From Aliivibrio fischeri ES114 (GTDB taxonomy: Bacteria; Pseudomonadota; Gammaproteobacteria; Enterobacterales; Vibrionaceae): a DNA stretch of 32,000 nucleotides. Position numbers and translations under genes: made by a program. Shown here one piece after another: positions 29,268 to 32,000 of the stretch (the first letter of the stretch is position 1; the number at the start of each line of letters is the position of its first letter). The notes below the pieces were generated by a model. That model saw only the letters and a list, made by a program, of their open reading frames with translations, made no database searches and was not told the DNA's origin. The stretch is from the NCBI RefSeq assembly GCF_000011805.1, contig NC_006841.2; one strand, written 5' to 3'.

Positions 29268-30173
29268 TTAAAGATGAATAGATTGTTTTACATCAGCAAT
29301 CATTTGATCAGTTGCTGTAACACCAGAAATCGCTAAATACCATGCATTAATGTCTAGGTAAGTTAAGCTATCGTTCTTATATGCATCAGTTGCTTTTACT
29401 AATGGGTTAGCAAACTCTTCACGTGTACGACTTTTATCTTTATTGATCAATTTATCTTTATCAATAATTAGCAGGTTTGATGGGTTTACATCACGAATAA
29501 ATTCATACGATACCAAATCACCATGGCGGGATTCTTTAATACCCTCTACCGCTTCTTTAAATCCAAAGTCTTTATAAATAGAAGAAAAACGCGATTGAGC
29601 TCCGAAGGTTGTGATATTACCACCAGCACTCATAACCGTTAATGCAGCAACATTATTTGCTTTATTGTGTTCAGCAATAGCTTTAAATTCAGCATCTACG
29701 CTAGCGATTTTCGCTTCAACTTTATCTTGAATTTCAAAAATATTACCTAGCATACGCCATTGTTGTTGTGTGCTTTTCCAATAGCCCGTAGAGTCAGCGG
29801 CAAATACGATTGTTGGTGCAATTTCAGACAGATCTTTATATGCTTTTACCGCTCGTGAACCAATAATGATCACATCCGGTTTTTGCATGTAAATAGTCTC
29901 AAAATCAGGTTCACTTAAGCTACCAGAAGAGGCATATTCTTTCGTTTTATACTTTAGTAAGTAAGAAGGCATTGTCGTTGCCTGAGTTACCGCTACTGGT
30001 TTAATACCAAAATAATCAATGGCATCTAACGTCCCTGTACCAATAACAACAACACGTTGAGGTTTTGTCTCAAGTGTCGTTTTGCCTAATTGATGAGAAA
30101 CGGTAATCGTTTCAGCATAACTTGATGCAGAAACTAATAAACCAAATAACATTGTAGCGATACTTTTTTTCAT
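29268..30173 (-). CDS. Periplasmic catechol-siderophore binding protein (VctP/FatB/CeuE-like)
   Basis: Signal peptide MKKSIATMLFGLLVSASSYA; PQRVVVIGTGTLDAIDYFGIKPVAV, EPDFETIYMQKPDVIIIGSR; heads the permease/ATPase operon. Confidence 0.88.
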   Translation of the reverse strand: MKKSIATMLFGLLVSASSYAETITVSHQLGKTTLETKPQRVVVIGTGTLDAIDYFGIKPVAVTQATTMPSYLLKYKTKEYASSGSLSEPDFETIYMQKPDVIIIGSRAVKAYKDLSEIAPTIVFAADSTGYWKSTQQQWRMLGNIFEIQDKVEAKIASVDAEFKAIAEHNKANNVAALTVMSAGGNITTFGAQSRFSSIYKDFGFKEAVEGIKESRHGDLVSYEFIRDVNPSNLLIIDKDKLINKDKSRTREEFANPLVKATDAYKNDSLTYLDINAWYLAISGVTATDQMIADVKQSIHL

Positions 30174-30215
30174 ATTCTTTACACTCAAGTGATAACTATT
30201 CGTATTTCGATTCAC

Positions 30216-30240
30216 TATAATGAAAATGGTTATTATTAAC
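30216..30240. promoter_or_regulatory. Candidate Fur box upstream of the siderophore transport operon
   Basis: TATAATGAAAATGGTTATTATTAAC, similar to GATAATGATAATCATTATC. Confidence 0.6.
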
Positions 30241-30330
30241 CAGAATAAAAAAGTAAAGATTGTAAAGGCGTAAAAAATATAAGGCTATTAGAAGAGAGTT
30301 GAGATAATTGCGGTTCTATAGGCAATAAAA

Positions 30331-30362
30331 AAGGCCATTATAGGGGGAATGATAATGGCCTT
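30331..30362 (-). terminator. Terminator downstream of the 80-aa hypothetical gene
   Basis: Minus strand AAGGCCATTAT-CATTCCCCCT-ATAATGGCCTT followed by TTTT. Confidence 0.85.
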
Positions 30363-30384
30363 AAAAATACATAGCTGGTTTTCT

Positions 30385-30627
30385 TTAGTGCAAGTGTCTC
30401 TTCGTTACTTCACATGAAAGAGTCTCATGATCAAACAAGAAACGAAACGCGTGCGAGTTAAAATATTTCCCGTCACTCCATAACACTTCACCAAAGATCT
30501 TGCAGAGATCCATGTCTGAAGCTGAACCTTTCTTATCGATTAATCCAATAACAGATAAAACTTGGCTCTCTATATCCTTGGGACAATTTTTAATTGACCA
30601 TTTATGAGTCATACTCATTTTTTCCAT
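30385..30627 (-). CDS. Hypothetical 80-aa protein
   Basis: ORF MEKMSMTHKWSIKNCPKDIESQVLSVIGLIDKKGSASDMDLCKIFGEVLWSDGKYFNSHAFRFLFDHETLSCEVTKRHLH followed by a terminator; start among M1/M4/M6 uncertain. Confidence 0.6.
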   Translation of the reverse strand: MEKMSMTHKWSIKNCPKDIESQVLSVIGLIDKKGSASDMDLCKIFGEVLWSDGKYFNSHAFRFLFDHETLSCEVTKRHLH

Positions 30628-30819
30628 AATAATAACTAGCCTAATGTGTTTTTATTTATTGTGCTCAAGTCACAAAACACAGTTTAACCCAATGATAACT
30701 TAAATCAAGCTTTTTTGTGACTTAAGTCTCACAAAGTGAAATTACTGACAAATTATAGAAGTATAAATAATCAAAAATGAGATCTTTATCATTGATATTT
30801 TACATATTTAACACATAAA

Positions 30820-30848
30820 AAAGGCGCTGTATTAATACAAACGCCTTT
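30820..30848 (-). terminator. Terminator downstream of the glutaredoxin-like gene
   Basis: Minus strand AAAGGCG-TTTGTATTAATACAG-CGCCTTT followed by TTT; the loop can also pair internally (TGTATTAATACA). Confidence 0.75.
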
Positions 30849-30885
30849 GAATTACCACTTTAGTATTAATGCAAGCTGTTGGTAT

Positions 30886-31248
30886 TTAAGGATATTTACT
30901 TTCTAAGAATGACATTATATCGGCAGACTCATACATCCATTGTGTTTCACCATTTTCATTATCAATACGCAAGCATGGTACTTTTATTCTTCCACCTCCC
31001 GCTAACAAAGCGGCTCTGTGCTCTTCATTATGTTTTGCATCTCGTAATTCAATGTTCAGTGATTGACGTTTAATCGTTCGACGCACTTTCACACAAAAAG
31101 GACACGCTTCAAATTGGTACAAAGAATACTTTGCTGTTTCTGCATCAATTTCAGTCTGTTTAGCAGGATCTCGCTTAACTCCTGAAGGAGAAAATACACA
31201 ATCCAAACCTAAAATAACCTTACCAAGCACGAAACGAATGACTTTCAT
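30886..31248 (-). CDS. Glutaredoxin / GST-N-terminal-like protein with N-terminal hydrophobic segment
   Basis: YSLYQFEACPFCVKVRRTIKRQSLNIELRDAKHNEEHRAALLAGGGRIKVPCLRI...WMYESADIMSFLESKYP; ATG 31248. Confidence 0.85.
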   Translation of the reverse strand: MKVIRFVLGKVILGLDCVFSPSGVKRDPAKQTEIDAETAKYSLYQFEACPFCVKVRRTIKRQSLNIELRDAKHNEEHRAALLAGGGRIKVPCLRIDNENGETQWMYESADIMSFLESKYP

Positions 31249-31372
31249 GTTTACTCTCCTAAATAATGCATCAATAGCTAACAACGTTGAGCAAATAGAT
31301 GTTAACTAATGTGAAATATAATAATTATTGTTTTAAAGTTACTGGATTGTAACAGTTTTATTTATATAAAAA

Positions 31373-31405
31373 AAAGCCTCAAAAGAAATCATCTTATGAG
31401 GCTTT
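31373..31405 (-). terminator. Terminator downstream of putP
   Basis: Minus strand AAAGCCTCA...TGAGGCTTT followed by TTTTT. Confidence 0.85.
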
Positions 31406-31433
31406 AAGTTTATCGTTGTTAAAAAGCTAGAAC

Positions 31434-32000
31434 TTATTCAAACTCAACTAGGTTACGTTCAAACTCTTCATGCTGTTTTAGTACTTTATCTTCAGGCTTA
31501 CCAGTTAACTTACTAACGACAATAATCGCAATAGTTGCAAAGATAATTCCAGGAACAATCTCATAGACATCAAATAAACCGCCAGTTAATTGCTTCCAAA
31601 CAACAATTGTTACACCACCAACGATAATGCCAGCAAGAGCACCATTACGATTCATTCCTTTCCAATAAAGGCTAAGTACAATCGCTGGACCAAATGCAGC
31701 ACCAAAACCTGCCCATGCGTAAGATACGAGACCAAGAACAGAACTATCAGGATTCATTGCTAATAATAGAGCGATAACAGACAAAGCAACGACAGCGAAA
31801 CGACCCACATTAACGATCTCTTTGCTTGTTGCGTCTTTCTTAACCAGTTGCTTATATAAATCTTCTGATAACGCCGAAGAAGATACAAGTAATTGCGAAT
31901 CCGCAGTACTCATTATTGCCGCTAAAATAGCAGCTAATAAAATACCAGCAACAACCGGATGGAAAATGGCATTTACTAACAGCATAAATACTTTTTCACC
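31434..32000 (-). CDS. putP: Sodium/proline symporter PutP, C-terminal part (continues beyond window)
   Basis: FHPVVAGILLAAILAAIMSTADSQLLVSSSALSEDLYKQLVKKDATSKEIVNVGRFAV; AWAGFGAAFGPAIVLSLYWKGMNRNGALAGIIVGG; frame open to window end. Confidence 0.93.
   Translation of the reverse strand, partial: GEKVFMLLVNAIFHPVVAGILLAAILAAIMSTADSQLLVSSSALSEDLYKQLVKKDATSKEIVNVGRFAVVALSVIALLLAMNPDSSVLGLVSYAWAGFGAAFGPAIVLSLYWKGMNRNGALAGIIVGGVTIVVWKQLTGGLFDVYEIVPGIIFATIAIIVVSKLTGKPEDKVLKQHEEFERNLVEFE

Noticed and set aside
28682-29336. Plus-strand ORFs 28682-28891 and 28953-29336, and minus-strand 28705-28911
   Set aside because: Alternate frames of the permease gene; 28953-29336 also crosses the intercistronic hairpin without domain content.
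30879-31073. Plus-strand 64-aa ORF opposite the glutaredoxin-like gene
   Set aside because: Antisense to a recognisable CPFC glutaredoxin domain.
1-32000. Search for CRISPR arrays, retron-like structures, toxin-antitoxin pairs, integrases/transposases, tRNA or rRNA genes, long tandem repeats
   Set aside because: No regularly spaced repeats, mobile-element enzymes, reverse transcriptase motifs or structural RNA genes were recognised by eye; gene order looks like core chromosome. A Rfam/Infernal and DefenseFinder run would be needed to be definitive.

Overview
This 32 kb window reads as ordinary housekeeping chromosome from a marine gammaproteobacterium. Gene content and protein resemblance suggest Vibrionaceae, probably Aliivibrio-like, but this is inferred from recall and no search was run. 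Main blocks: (1) glycogen/maltodextrin metabolism: glgX (5'-truncated by the window edge), glgA, glgC, glgB, malQ, the glycogen/maltodextrin phosphorylase gene and malT, interspersed with cheV, sstT, a DUF1275 membrane protein gene and a YdcF-like gene; (2) a DUF368/PopT-type transporter, a formate/nitrite-family channel, a 61-aa unknown and tag; (3) a three-gene copper/cytochrome-oxidase-assembly type cluster (unknown anchored protein, Sco1/SenC, PCu(A)C chaperone); (4) an EamA transporter, a SigZ-type ECF sigma factor, a GST and a YdcH/DUF465 protein; (5) a catechol-siderophore-type uptake operon (binding protein, two permeases, ATPase, ViuB/SIP-like reductase) preceded by a Fur-box-like sequence; (6) an 80-aa unknown, a glutaredoxin-like protein and the 3' part of putP. 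I found no rRNA, tRNA, CRISPR array, prophage, transposase or recognisable defence island, and no convincing new multi-gene system. The best second looks are: an upstream siderophore permease whose conserved C-terminal segment is left in another reading frame; the unknown first gene of the Sco1/PCuAC cluster; an 11-bp perfect inverted repeat upstream of sigZ; intercistronic or 5'-UTR hairpins in malPQ, the siderophore operon and the FNT gene; cysteine-rich tails on the neighbouring SigZ and GST; and a possible unannotated 33-aa ORF.
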